IMG/VR virus record: IMGVR_UViG_3300042511_000879
Location: 124,001-188,000 of that record
Length of the DNA: 64,000 nt
Reading direction: 5' to 3' (one strand)
In this document: piece by piece, positions 10,081 to 19,931 of the stretch
Numbering within the stretch: the first letter of the stretch is position 1
Layout: each line of letters opens with the position of its first letter
Notes under the pieces: model-generated
Database searches by the model: none
The model's input: the letters and a program-made list of their open reading frames with translations, nothing else
Told to the model about the DNA's origin: nothing
Position numbers and translations under genes: made by a program

Positions 10081-13000
10081 TTATGGTAAGTGAGTTTCAA
10101 ACATACATTTTAATACAGTTGGCACATGTAGCGGATTAATAAATGCACATGGATTACCATATAATGCACTTGCGGCATAATCTAACATGAAAGGCGCTTT
10201 ATGATGTATAATTTTAATAACTCTACTTAATGGTCCGGAAACAATTTCACCATAATGTAAACCCGTGACAGGATTAATTGGACCTGCATTTCCATCCCAA
10301 GCAACATATCTAAATGCAACATACATAGGAATATAAACTGGAGAATATGCAAATCTAGATGTAGGCAGATTCTTCTGGGAACGCTTATTTGCCGATGGTA
10401 CATAAGTATAATAGTCAGCGTCCTGTCCTGATTGATCACGATACTTTACTAAAAACTCTTGCCATCTTCCTGAAATCATCGGAGCTAAATTTATATATTG
10501 GTTATGACCTGTTACTTCAAAATGATTAGGTCTATCAACTCCTATAAACCCGGTTGTGATATTATTCTGATGATTTCCAGATCGGTTCCAATAGTTATTT
10601 CCCCATGCAGGATATGGAAAACTTCCATTAGGGTACCATGGCGCCGGTACTATATAACCTCCACCTGGACGATAATTTGGTTTCTTATTTTTCTTTCTAT
10701 AAAGAACCATTTCTATATATATATTATCATATACATTAAATACTTCCGATGACAAATCTTGTGTAATTGCGTATGGTGCAGAATCTAATGTTAATACGCT
10801 TCCGGCGGAATTAGTTACCATATTAATGGAATTAATTACTATAGGATCACCTAACTTAATTGATGGCACTGGCAAATTTCCTTTACCAATTGTCCCTTTT
10901 TCTCCCATCGGTCCAAAAACCAAATTTATTAACTTTTTGGTTGATGATACGTAATAAAGACTAGAATCAAGATACAATGGAGCTCCAATTACTCTTGATA
11001 CAGTTCTTTGTACTACTCCATCTTTCCAATATCTTATATTATAACCATCATATGTTATACTTAATACGGTATTTGCGAAAGTTCCTCCATAAGTTATTGC
11101 ATCTCCATTAATATCAACAGTGACACTTCCATTTTCAATTATATAAAGATCACCTGCTGCGCAGTACCAACAATAATCGATACTAGTATAACTACTATTG
11201 GCTGTTGGATCGCTATTTAATCCAACCATAAGTTGTTCACCAGTATTACTTAATTGAGTTGATACATAAGCTCCTCTAGTATATCCTTCTAAAGAATATA
11301 CTTGTCCATCCCATTGAGCATCATTACCTGTTGCTTTATAGAAAGTATTTGAATTTTCTGCATAAGTTACTCCGCCATTGAATAATGGTGTCCAATTTGA
11401 TGAACCTCTAAAACCTTGGAAACCTTGGGCTCCTTGTATTCCCTGAGCACCTTGGAAACCTTGAGCACCTTGTATTCCTTGAGCACCTTGGAAACCTTGA
11501 GCACCTTGGAAACCTTGGGCTCCTCCGAGTGCAATACTACTCCTAAAACCAACAGTCCCATCACTTTCTTTTACAAGAATATCGGTTGTTGTTCCGGCTG
11601 GAACAGTTGTAATTTTAAGTTTTGCTCCTGTTGTAATGTTTTTGTCACCATCCCAAGTAAACGGTTTTTCAATTTCGCTACCTAGTCCTTGATCACCCCA
11701 TCTTGCACTTAAAAGTTTAATTGACGAAATCCGAATTGGAGCCGGAGTTGTAGCTGTAAGTGTTAAACGAGAATATGCATCTCCGCCATACCAATTAACA
11801 TAAAACCACGCAGCGATTGCATTATGATTATTTGTCGAAGTATGTCTTACTATCCAATTTATATTATCTGCAGAAGTTTCATATACAACATTTTTTATTG
11901 GTGCTGTAGCTGTATAAGTTGAACCAATAACTAACCATTCTCCTATTGACCACTCCATTCCTGTCCAATTCCATCTTACAGAAGTTACTGTAACTCCATC
12001 AGCAACTTCGATTGTTTGATTTTCTTTTTGCGCAAATACTTCTTTATTAAGCGTTGCTGCATTATATGTTACATTATTAGATGAAGTTGAAAATGTTGGT
12101 GAAAACCTAGAAAATGCAAATAAGTCATGCCATAAATAAGGTGATATTGGTGTTTGAGCTACTTGTGTCGTATCACTTGTTATTACCTTATTTGTTAATG
12201 TTCCGTTTTGTTTAAAATTATCAATTCCAAGTGCTATAATAGAACCAGCTCCATTAACTAGGTCAGTTCCATTAAATGTTAAATTAGCTTCAGCATTAGC
12301 AGTATTTGTACCACCATCTGAAGTTAAAACTCTATTATCTGATGGGTTTGTTATTGTTGTAAATCCAGGTCCTTGGAAACCTTGAGCGCCTTGGAAACCT
12401 TGGGCTCCTTGGAAACCTTGAGCACCTTGGAAACCTTGGGCTCCTTGTCTACCTTGAGCTCCTTGGAAACCTTGGGCACCTTGGAAACCTTGAGCACCTT
12501 GTATTCCTTGGGCTCCTTGGAAACCTTGAAAACCCTGGGCTCCTTGTATTCCTTGGGCTCCTTGGAAACCTTGGGCTCCTTGTCTACCTTGAGCTCCTTG
12601 GAAACCTTGGGCACCTTGGAAACCTTGGGCTCCTTGTATTCCTTGGGCACCTTGGAAACCTTGGGCACCTTGGAAACCTTGAGCACCTTGTATTCCTTGG
12701 GCACCTTGGAAACCTTGGGCTCCTTGTATTCCTTGGGCTCCTTGTATTCCCTGAGCACCTTGAAATCCTTGGGCACCTTGAAAACCTTGGGCTCCTTGTA
12801 TTCCCTGAGCACCTTGAAAACCTTGAACACCTTGGAAACCTTGGGCTCCTTGTATTCCTTGAGCACCTTGAAAACCTTGGAAACCTTGGGCTCCTTGTAT
12901 TCCCTGAGCACCTTGTATTCCCTGAGCACCTTGAAAACCTTGGGCACCTTGTATTCCTTGAGCACCTTGGAAACCTTGAGCTCCTTGGAAACCTTGAGCA

Positions 13001-16000
13001 CCTTGGAAACCTTGGGCTCCTTGTATTCCTTGGGCTCCTTGTATTCCTTGGGCACCTTGGAAACCTTGTATTCCCTGAGCACCTTGGAAACCTTGGGCTC
13101 CTTGTCTACCTTGGGCACCTTGAAAACCTTGGGCTCCTTGTATTCCTTGGGCTCCTTGGAAACCTTGGGCTCCTTGTATTCCTTGAGCACCTTGAAAACC
13201 TTGGAAACCTTGGGCTCCTTGTGGTCCTTGTTCTCCCATTGGTCCAAAAACAACATTCTTTAAACCATTAGGTGTACCATTAGTATATGATATTGTACGG
13301 AAGAAAGTAGAATCAAAATATAGAGCGTTACCTATTGCCCTTGCAACAGTTCGTTGTAGAATACCATCTTTCCAATATCTTACATTATAACCATCATATG
13401 TTATTTGTAAAATAGTATCTGATGTATATGCACCTAAAGCAACTATTACACCTCCACTTTCATAGATTTCTACACTATTGTATTCAGTGACATACCATGC
13501 ATAATTAATACCTGGAAAACTAGGCGATGCAGAAGGATTATCACTTAAACCAAATAGTATATAATTAAGATTTGATTGTGGTTGAGCCGATACATAACAT
13601 CCTCTAGTATAACCCTCTAATGAATATACTTCAGCATCAAAAATATCATCGTTACCTATTGCTTTATGAAATATATTTGAATTTGCACCATATACTGTGC
13701 CACCATTAAAAACAGGTGTCCAATTTGCTACTCCTCTAATTCCTTGGAAGCCTTGAGCACCTTGGAAACCTTGGGCTCCTTGTATTCCCTGAGCACCTTG
13801 AAAACCTTGGGCTCCTTGTATTCCCTGAGCACCTTGAAAACCTTGGGCTCCTTGTATTCCCTGAGCACCTTGAAAACCTTGGGCTCCTTGTATTCCTTGA
13901 GCTCCTTGAAAACCTTGAGCACCTTGAAAACCTTGGGCACCTTGGAAACCTTGAGCACCTTGTATTCCTTGAGCACCTTGAAAACCTTGTGCTCCTTGTC
14001 TACCTTGTGCTCCTTGTATTCCTTGAGCACCTTGAAAACCTTGAGCACCTTGAAAACCTTGTGCTCCTTGTATTCCTTGAGCACCTTGAAAACCTTGGGC
14101 TCCTTGTATTCCCTGAGCACCTTGGAAGCCTTGAGCACCTTGAAAACCTTGAAAACCTTGGGCACCTTGTATTCCTTGGGCACCTTGAAAACCTTGGGCT
14201 CCTTGTATTCCCTGGGCACCTTGAAAACCTTGGGCTCCTTGTATTCCTTGAGCACCTTGGAAGCCTTGAGCTCCTTGTATTCCTTGAGCACCTTGAAAAC
14301 CTTGGGCTCCTTGTATTCCTTGAGCACCTTGGAAGCCTTGAGCACCTTGAAAACCTTGAAAACCTTGGGCACCTTGTCTACCTTGGGCTCCTTGGAAACC
14401 TTGGGCTCCTTGTATTCCCTGAGCACCTTGAAAACCTTGGGCTCCTTGTATTCCTTGGGCACCTTGGATTCCTTGGGCACCTTGTATTCCTTGAGCACCT
14501 TGTATTCCTTGAGCACCTTGAGCACCTTGGAAACCTTGAGCACCTTGTATTCCTTGGGCACCTTGAGCACCTTGGAAACCTTGAGCACCTTGGAAACCTT
14601 GAGCACCTTGGAAACCTTGTACTCCTTGAGCACCTTGGAAACCTTGGGCACCTTGGAAACCTTGGATTCCTTGGGCACCTTGGATTCCTTGGGCACCTTG
14701 TATTCCTTGAGCACCTTGTATTCCTTGAGCACCTTGTATTCCTTGAGCACCTTGGAAACCTTGGGCACCTTGGAAACCTTGAGCACCTTGGAAACCTTGG
14801 GCACCTTGGATTCCTTGGGCACCTTGTATTCCCTGGGCACCTTGTATTCCCTGGGCACCTTGGAAACCTTGGGCACCTTGGATTCCTTGGGCACCTTGGA
14901 AACCTTGAGCACCTTGTATTCCTTGAGCACCTTGTATTCCTTGAGCACCTTGGATTCCTTGAGCACCTTGTATTCCCTGGGCACCTTGTATTCCTTGGGC
15001 ACCTTGGAAACCTTGAGCACCTTGTATTCCCTGGGCACCTTGTATTCCTTGAGCTCCTTGGATTCCTTGAGCACCTTGGATTCCTTGAGCACCTTGGATT
15101 CCTTGAGCACCTTGGATTCCTTGAGCACCTTGGATTCCCTGAGCACCTTGTATTCCTTGGGCACCTTGTATTCCTTGAGCACCTTGAAAACCTTGTGCTC
15201 CTTGTATTCCTTGAGCACCTTGAAAACCTTGAGCACCTTGAAAACCTTGTGCACCTTGAAAACCTTGAACACCTTGGAAACCTTGGGCTCCTTGTATTCC
15301 TTGAGCACCTTGAAAACCTTGGGCTCCTTGTATTCCTTGAGCACCTTGTATTCCTTGAGCACCTTGGAAACCTTGTACTCCTTGAGTTCCTTCAATACCT
15401 AATGATGTTACAACATAAGAATAGTATTGACTACCTTCTGTATAAAAAGTAACAGGATGATTACCTGAAGATTGATCGACTACATAGACATTAACAATCA
15501 TTCTATCCGTAGGATCAATTTGATATGATGCAGGTATTACTAAATCTACGTAATTTTCAACTGGTATAGTGGATTCAATCCAACCTATAAGTACTTGATT
15601 TGTTGATATTGGCGCTGCTGCGTATGGTGTACCGGTACTATCTGCTAGTTGTATAGTACAGAATGTATCTGTATTAAAACCAGTTGCTCCTTTTAAGAAA
15701 TGTAAATGAAATTTTTGAGGTCCTGGTGGAATAACATTAACTCCTAATCCACTTGCATCAGTAATATATGTTTGAACTAATACTGGAGTTGTTCCAGTAG
15801 TTGTTACTGTAATAGTTTGAACCGATCCAGTGGTTGGTAATGTACCTATTTGTTTATATTCTAAAGGTGTCTGTGTTACTGATTGATTAAAATAGTATAT
15901 CTGTCCGGATGAAACGCCTAATGGACCTTGGTCACCTTGAAAACCTTGAGCTCCTTGTATTCCCTGAGCACCTTGGAAACCTTGGGCACCTTGAAAACCT

Positions 16001-17172
16001 TGGGCACCTTGAAAACCTTGAAATCCTTGGGCTCCTTGTATTCCTTGGGCACCTTGAAAACCTTGGGCACCTTGAAAACCTTGAAATCCTTGGGCACCTT
16101 GAAAACCTTGGGCACCTTGAAAACCTTGAAATCCTTGGGCTCCTTGTATTCCCTGAGCACCTTGGAAACCTTGGGCACCTTGAAAACCTTGGGCACCTTG
16201 AAAACCTTGGGCACCTTGAAAACCTTGAAAACCTTGGGCACCTTGAAAACCTTGAAAACCTTGGGCTCCTTGTATTCCCTGAGCACCTTGGAAACCTTGG
16301 GCTCCTTGTATTCCCTGAGCTCCTTGTATTCCCTGAGCACCTTGTAATCCTTGGGCTCCTTGAAAACCTTGGGCTCCTTGAAAACCTTGTATTCCCTGAG
16401 CACCTTGAAAACCTTGGGCACCTTGTATTCCCTGGGCGCCTTGAAATCCTTGAGCACCTTGTATTCCTTGAGCACCTTGTATTCCCTGAGCACCTTGAAA
16501 ACCTTGGGCACCTTGGAAACCTTGGGCTCCTTGAAAACCTTGAGCACCTTGAAAACCTTGTATTCCTTGGGCTCCTTGTATTCCCTGAGCACCTTGAAAT
16601 CCTTGGGCTCCTTGTATTCCCTGGGCGCCTTGAAATCCTTGAGCACCTTGAAATCCTTGGGCTCCTTGTATTCCCTGAGCACCTTGAAAACCTTGGGCAC
16701 CTTGGAAACCTTGGGCTCCTTGTATTCCCTGGGCACCTTGTATTCCTTGGGCTCCTTGTATTCCCTGAGCACCTTGAAAACCTTGGGCACCTTGGAAACC
16801 TTGGGCTCCTTGTATTCCCTGGGCGCCTTGGAAACCTTGAGCACCTTGAAATCCTTGGGCTCCTTGTATTCCTTGGGCACCTTGAAAACCTTGGGCACCT
16901 TGAAAACCTTGGGCGCCTTGGAAACCTTGAGCACCTTGTCTACCTTGGGCACCTTGTATTCCTTGAGCACCTTGAAATCCTTGAGCACCAGTTCCTTGGA
17001 AGCCTTGAGCACCTTGGAAACCCTGAGGACCATTAGCTGGCCCTTGAGGACCTTGAGGTCCTGTGTCAACAGTTCCACCTAGATTTTTTAGTGAACCATA
17101 TTTGTCATGGACGAATACCGGACCTAGGTCTGTGCTGGAATTTCCATATTTATCTAGTCTTTGTATGTTCAT
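10081..17172 (-). CDS. Giant collagen-like (Gly-X-Gln) fibre protein, 2363 aa
   Basis: Four GAQ/GFQ/GIQ triplet blocks separated by globular domains. Confidence 0.85.
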   Translation of the reverse strand: MNIQRLDKYGNSSTDLGPVFVHDKYGSLKNLGGTVDTGPQGPQGPANGPQGFQGAQGFQGTGAQGFQGAQGIQGAQGRQGAQGFQGAQGFQGAQGFQGAQGIQGAQGFQGAQGFQGAQGIQGAQGFQGAQGFQGAQGIQGAQGIQGAQGIQGAQGFQGAQGFQGAQGIQGAQGFQGAQGFQGAQGIQGAQGFQGAQGIQGAQGIQGFQGAQGFQGAQGFQGAQGFQGAQGIQGAQGIQGAQGFQGAQGIQGAQGFQGAQGIQGFQGAQGFQGAQGLQGAQGIQGAQGIQGAQGFQGAQGIQGAQGFQGFQGAQGFQGFQGAQGFQGAQGFQGAQGFQGAQGIQGAQGFQGFQGAQGFQGAQGFQGFQGAQGFQGAQGIQGAQGFQGFQGAQGFQGAQGFQGAQGIQGAQGFQGDQGPLGVSSGQIYYFNQSVTQTPLEYKQIGTLPTTGSVQTITVTTTGTTPVLVQTYITDASGLGVNVIPPGPQKFHLHFLKGATGFNTDTFCTIQLADSTGTPYAAAPISTNQVLIGWIESTIPVENYVDLVIPASYQIDPTDRMIVNVYVVDQSSGNHPVTFYTEGSQYYSYVVTSLGIEGTQGVQGFQGAQGIQGAQGIQGAQGFQGAQGIQGAQGFQGVQGFQGAQGFQGAQGFQGAQGIQGAQGFQGAQGIQGAQGIQGAQGIQGAQGIQGAQGIQGAQGIQGAQGIQGAQGIQGAQGIQGAQGFQGAQGIQGAQGIQGAQGIQGAQGIQGAQGIQGAQGFQGAQGIQGAQGFQGAQGIQGAQGIQGAQGIQGAQGFQGAQGFQGAQGFQGAQGIQGAQGIQGAQGIQGAQGIQGAQGIQGFQGAQGFQGAQGVQGFQGAQGFQGAQGFQGAQGAQGIQGAQGFQGAQGAQGIQGAQGIQGAQGIQGAQGIQGAQGFQGAQGIQGAQGFQGAQGRQGAQGFQGFQGAQGFQGAQGIQGAQGFQGAQGIQGAQGFQGAQGIQGAQGFQGAQGIQGAQGFQGAQGIQGAQGFQGFQGAQGFQGAQGIQGAQGFQGAQGIQGAQGFQGAQGFQGAQGIQGAQGRQGAQGFQGAQGIQGAQGFQGAQGFQGAQGFQGAQGIQGAQGFQGAQGIQGAQGFQGAQGIQGAQGFQGAQGIQGAQGFQGAQGFQGIRGVANWTPVFNGGTVYGANSNIFHKAIGNDDIFDAEVYSLEGYTRGCYVSAQPQSNLNYILFGLSDNPSASPSFPGINYAWYVTEYNSVEIYESGGVIVALGAYTSDTILQITYDGYNVRYWKDGILQRTVARAIGNALYFDSTFFRTISYTNGTPNGLKNVVFGPMGEQGPQGAQGFQGFQGAQGIQGAQGFQGAQGIQGAQGFQGAQGRQGAQGFQGAQGIQGFQGAQGIQGAQGIQGAQGFQGAQGFQGAQGFQGAQGIQGAQGFQGAQGIQGAQGIQGAQGFQGFQGAQGIQGAQGFQGVQGFQGAQGIQGAQGFQGAQGFQGAQGIQGAQGIQGAQGFQGAQGIQGAQGFQGAQGFQGAQGIQGAQGFQGAQGFQGAQGRQGAQGFQGAQGIQGAQGFQGFQGAQGIQGAQGFQGAQGFQGAQGRQGAQGFQGAQGFQGAQGFQGAQGFQGPGFTTITNPSDNRVLTSDGGTNTANAEANLTFNGTDLVNGAGSIIALGIDNFKQNGTLTNKVITSDTTQVAQTPISPYLWHDLFAFSRFSPTFSTSSNNVTYNAATLNKEVFAQKENQTIEVADGVTVTSVRWNWTGMEWSIGEWLVIGSTYTATAPIKNVVYETSADNINWIVRHTSTNNHNAIAAWFYVNWYGGDAYSRLTLTATTPAPIRISSIKLLSARWGDQGLGSEIEKPFTWDGDKNITTGAKLKITTVPAGTTTDILVKESDGTVGFRSSIALGGAQGFQGAQGFQGAQGIQGAQGFQGAQGIQGAQGFQGFRGSSNWTPLFNGGVTYAENSNTFYKATGNDAQWDGQVYSLEGYTRGAYVSTQLSNTGEQLMVGLNSDPTANSSYTSIDYCWYCAAGDLYIIENGSVTVDINGDAITYGGTFANTVLSITYDGYNIRYWKDGVVQRTVSRVIGAPLYLDSSLYYVSSTKKLINLVFGPMGEKGTIGKGNLPVPSIKLGDPIVINSINMVTNSAGSVLTLDSAPYAITQDLSSEVFNVYDNIYIEMVLYRKKNKKPNYRPGGGYIVPAPWYPNGSFPYPAWGNNYWNRSGNHQNNITTGFIGVDRPNHFEVTGHNQYINLAPMISGRWQEFLVKYRDQSGQDADYYTYVPSANKRSQKNLPTSRFAYSPVYIPMYVAFRYVAWDGNAGPINPVTGLHYGEIVSGPLSRVIKIIHHKAPFMLDYAASALYGNPCAFINPLHVPTVLKCMFETHLP
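11404..11522 (-). repeat. Collagen block 4 (about 40 aa)
   Basis: Gly-X-Gln periodicity; boundaries approximate. Confidence 0.85.
12368..13235 (-). repeat. Collagen block 3 (about 290 aa)
   Basis: Gly-X-Gln periodicity; boundaries approximate. Confidence 0.9.
13738..15392 (-). repeat. Collagen block 2 (about 550 aa)
   Basis: Uninterrupted Gly-X-Gln periodicity; boundaries approximate. Confidence 0.9.
15921..17063 (-). repeat. Collagen block 1 (9-nt unit tandem repeat)
   Basis: GGTGCTCAA/GGTTTCCAA/GGAATACAA-type units; boundaries approximate. Confidence 0.9.
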
Positions 17173-17468
17173 GAAACTTCGGCTGATATGTAGTATGTGG
17201 TATTGGGTTGTGTAGATTCTAGGTGAATATAATCACCTTTTGCAAATTTATATTGAGTAACATCTCTAACTGAATCTCCATCATTTAAGATAAACTTGTA
17301 AAGAAGCGTTTCAATAGCCCCTGCAGCAGTATCAAGTCGGCTAACTGTAAGATTGTAACTCGCGGTTATATTATTGATAACTAGAAGAGAAATTATCATG
17401 CTATCGTAGGCGCAATTTATTTGAGTTCCGCCTGGAATATCAATGGTACCTTGAAATACTAAATTCAT
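17169..17468 (-). CDS. Hypothetical structural protein
   Basis: 99 aa ORF with ATGA overlap with the collagen gene; late-type motif upstream. Confidence 0.6.
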   Translation of the reverse strand: MNLVFQGTIDIPGGTQINCAYDSMIISLLVINNITASYNLTVSRLDTAAGAIETLLYKFILNDGDSVRDVTQYKFAKGDYIHLESTQPNTTYYISAEVS

Positions 17469-17522
17469 AATTTTTTCTTTTTTATTATATATTCGTAAAT
17501 CAGGAGGGACTCCTTATAAGGG

Positions 17523-18134
17523 TTAAGAGTCTATTGAAGATTTAATTTCTTTTTGTAGGGAATCTACTGTGCTTTTATCCTTTTTTAAGGATTTTACAAG
17601 GATTCTTTTAATATCAGAATCTGCCATTTTAATAAGTTTTTCAGTGGACTTCATTCTGGCATCAAGTTTAACAGTACTTACGTATTTTTGAAGAGTTTCA
17701 TTTTCCTGTCCAATAGCATCCATGTTATCAATGATTGCATTTTCTAGTTCGGTTAATGAATCCTCTTTAAGTTGAAATGCTGCACTACCGCTATTAGTAC
17801 TACTGCTACTATAAGAACTTGGACGTGATGTTTCAGAATATGTATATGGGTCCTCTTCTGCTGAAGCTTCAGCTTCAGCTTGAAGTTCCTCAATTTGGTC
17901 TTGTTCAATTTTTAACTTTCCAAGTTCAACTCTAACGTCAACCAATTTATCTGCTAATTGTCGAAGTTTTCTCTTTTTCATTGGATTTAAAAAAATACCC
18001 TTAATCCAATCAAAGAAACCCTCATTTATAAGTTGATTGATTTGTTCTTCATTCAGTTCGCCTTCATGAATTCTATGGATTTCTTGAACCATATCGCTCA
18101 TTTGGTACTCTTCAAATAATTTAACCTTTTTCAT
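17523..18134 (-). CDS. Putative internal head protein with capsid-targeting-like N-terminus
   Basis: Starts MKKVKLFEEY; INE|G site; coiled-coil body. Confidence 0.55.
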   Translation of the reverse strand: MKKVKLFEEYQMSDMVQEIHRIHEGELNEEQINQLINEGFFDWIKGIFLNPMKKRKLRQLADKLVDVRVELGKLKIEQDQIEELQAEAEASAEEDPYTYSETSRPSSYSSSSTNSGSAAFQLKEDSLTELENAIIDNMDAIGQENETLQKYVSTVKLDARMKSTEKLIKMADSDIKRILVKSLKKDKSTVDSLQKEIKSSIDS

Positions 18135-18797
18135 TTAGAATTGTGGAATTGCTCCAATTTTTTTAGCACGTTTTCTCCAAAGATCGACCACTTGTGTTCT
18201 CTCCGGTTGACTTAAACCTTGAGTATCTAAGTATCTATTTAGGGTATTTATCATTATTTCTCCGCGAACTTGAGATTCTAATCGGAGTCCTTCTAGATTT
18301 GCATCAATTTCTTTGGGTAGGATGAGGTAGGTTGATTGAGGTAAGAGCCCTTGGTGTATCAATTCACGTTCCATAGAATCATCACCAGATGGCTTGCCAG
18401 GTATGTAGTTTCCAATGCTCTCACCACCTTGGGTTATATGTTCTACTTCATGTCGGACAACATCAATAAGATGGAAATATAGTTCACTAAAGTATTCAGG
18501 AAGCCAAGCGGCTTCGATACCAAAATCAATAATTATAAATGGCGTTTGAGAGTTGTCATCATTGTCAAAGTCTCGACTATCGGCTCCTGTTGAATCAAAT
18601 GATGTGAATCCTAGGATTGGTTGTCCATTAACACTTCCAAAATAAATTGTAGCATCAATGTCGAATTCGGGTCCATTCGCTTTTACTTGTTTAAATAAGG
18701 TTGAATGGGTTTTGCCTAAATGATAGTCCAAATTCCATTGAGCAAAAATATCATTTGCTAACCTTAAAGACATTCGGTCAAGTGTTTTTTGAGTCAT
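18135..18797 (-). CDS. Zincin-like metallopeptidase
   Basis: HExxH motif (RHEVEH) with a downstream E..A motif. Confidence 0.6.
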   Translation of the reverse strand: MTQKTLDRMSLRLANDIFAQWNLDYHLGKTHSTLFKQVKANGPEFDIDATIYFGSVNGQPILGFTSFDSTGADSRDFDNDDNSQTPFIIIDFGIEAAWLPEYFSELYFHLIDVVRHEVEHITQGGESIGNYIPGKPSGDDSMERELIHQGLLPQSTYLILPKEIDANLEGLRLESQVRGEIMINTLNRYLDTQGLSQPERTQVVDLWRKRAKKIGAIPQF

Positions 18798-18872
18798 ATT
18801 CTTGTTTAATATTATATGAACCCATTCTAAAAAGTTTATCTATATTTTATAAAATTATATACGAAGATATTT

Positions 18873-19931
18873 TTAAAAACCACAGCTCGCACTAGTGTCT
18901 CCAATAACACCTTCTGTTGATATTTCGTATAAGCCACCGTCCCAATAAGTTCCAGACGCAGGATAGGCTTGAGTTTGATTTAATCCAAAATAAAGACCAC
19001 CTCCATTATAAGGAAATGTTAAAAGAGAATTAGTATATACGATATCTCCAGTAGAAAGTGCAGCTAGACTTTTTGCAGCAAAAAGAGGTTCAGTGACTTC
19101 ATACGGAGGAGCGCAGCCTGGGTTAGTTTCAAAAACGTTGTCGGATCCGCCAATGGGAGTCCTATAAAATTGATAAAATGCAGGAACTTCCAGTCGATTA
19201 ACTAATTTAATGTTACCTTGAGGCACTGAATTAACCTTGAATGTTGCACCCGGTGATATACTTAATACATATTGTCCTAATCCAGGAGTTCCAGTTTCTA
19301 CTACAAGGTATGGTGCCGTTCCGGAAATGTTCAATGCAGTGTAAAGAATAGAATCAGTAGGTGGCGATAGATATAAATAATCATAATTATAATCTACAAG
19401 TGCAAGTCGGATATCCGGTTGTGTGTTAAACGCATCAATAGCATTGGCATTTAAAGATATAGCATTCCATCCATCGGTTGGAGCTACTGGAGTTGCAATA
19501 TAATCGGTAGTATTACCGCTCATTGATCCACCTGTGTTGTATCCTGATATTTGGAAGAAATCAGCTGCTGAAATATTTGTGGTAGTTGATGGTTTATCTG
19601 CCTGCACTACCATAATATTATTAGCTAGATCTCCTCCAAAGTGTACCCATAATGTTGCAGAAGTGATTTGAGTTGTAAAGCCACTGTCCATTGTAGAAAA
19701 TGCCATAAAGTATCTACTAATTGCTGCTCGCCAATTGCCGAATGTGAAATTGTTCCAAGAAGCTCCAATGGAGTCTTGTACATCTTGATTAACTCTAGCA
19801 ATAGGAAGGTTACCATATCCATTATCACGGTTAGATAGCCATTGATTTTGGTCAAATTGTTCTCCAAAGGAATCTGAATCTTCAACTAAAATGCTTCCTC
19901 TAGTTGTCGCTGATGTTATATTATATTCCAT
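18873..19931 (-). CDS. Virion structural protein
   Basis: 352 aa, T/S/G/N-rich and beta-rich, adjacent to the collagen gene. Confidence 0.55.
   Translation of the reverse strand: MEYNITSATTRGSILVEDSDSFGEQFDQNQWLSNRDNGYGNLPIARVNQDVQDSIGASWNNFTFGNWRAAISRYFMAFSTMDSGFTTQITSATLWVHFGGDLANNIMVVQADKPSTTTNISAADFFQISGYNTGGSMSGNTTDYIATPVAPTDGWNAISLNANAIDAFNTQPDIRLALVDYNYDYLYLSPPTDSILYTALNISGTAPYLVVETGTPGLGQYVLSISPGATFKVNSVPQGNIKLVNRLEVPAFYQFYRTPIGGSDNVFETNPGCAPPYEVTEPLFAAKSLAALSTGDIVYTNSLLTFPYNGGGLYFGLNQTQAYPASGTYWDGGLYEISTEGVIGDTSASCGF

Noticed and set aside
12368-17063. Possible CRISPR array or satellite in the highly repetitive DNA
   Set aside because: The units are 9-nt codon triplets in frame within a CDS, with no unique spacers and no cas genes
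11367-17082. Long alternative-frame ORFs (KVLKVSK..., ETLGSLYSL..., LEHLENLG...) up to 555 aa on both strands
   Set aside because: Shadow frames of the 9-nt collagen repeat, which happens to lack stops; the same artefact occurs at 20251-21367
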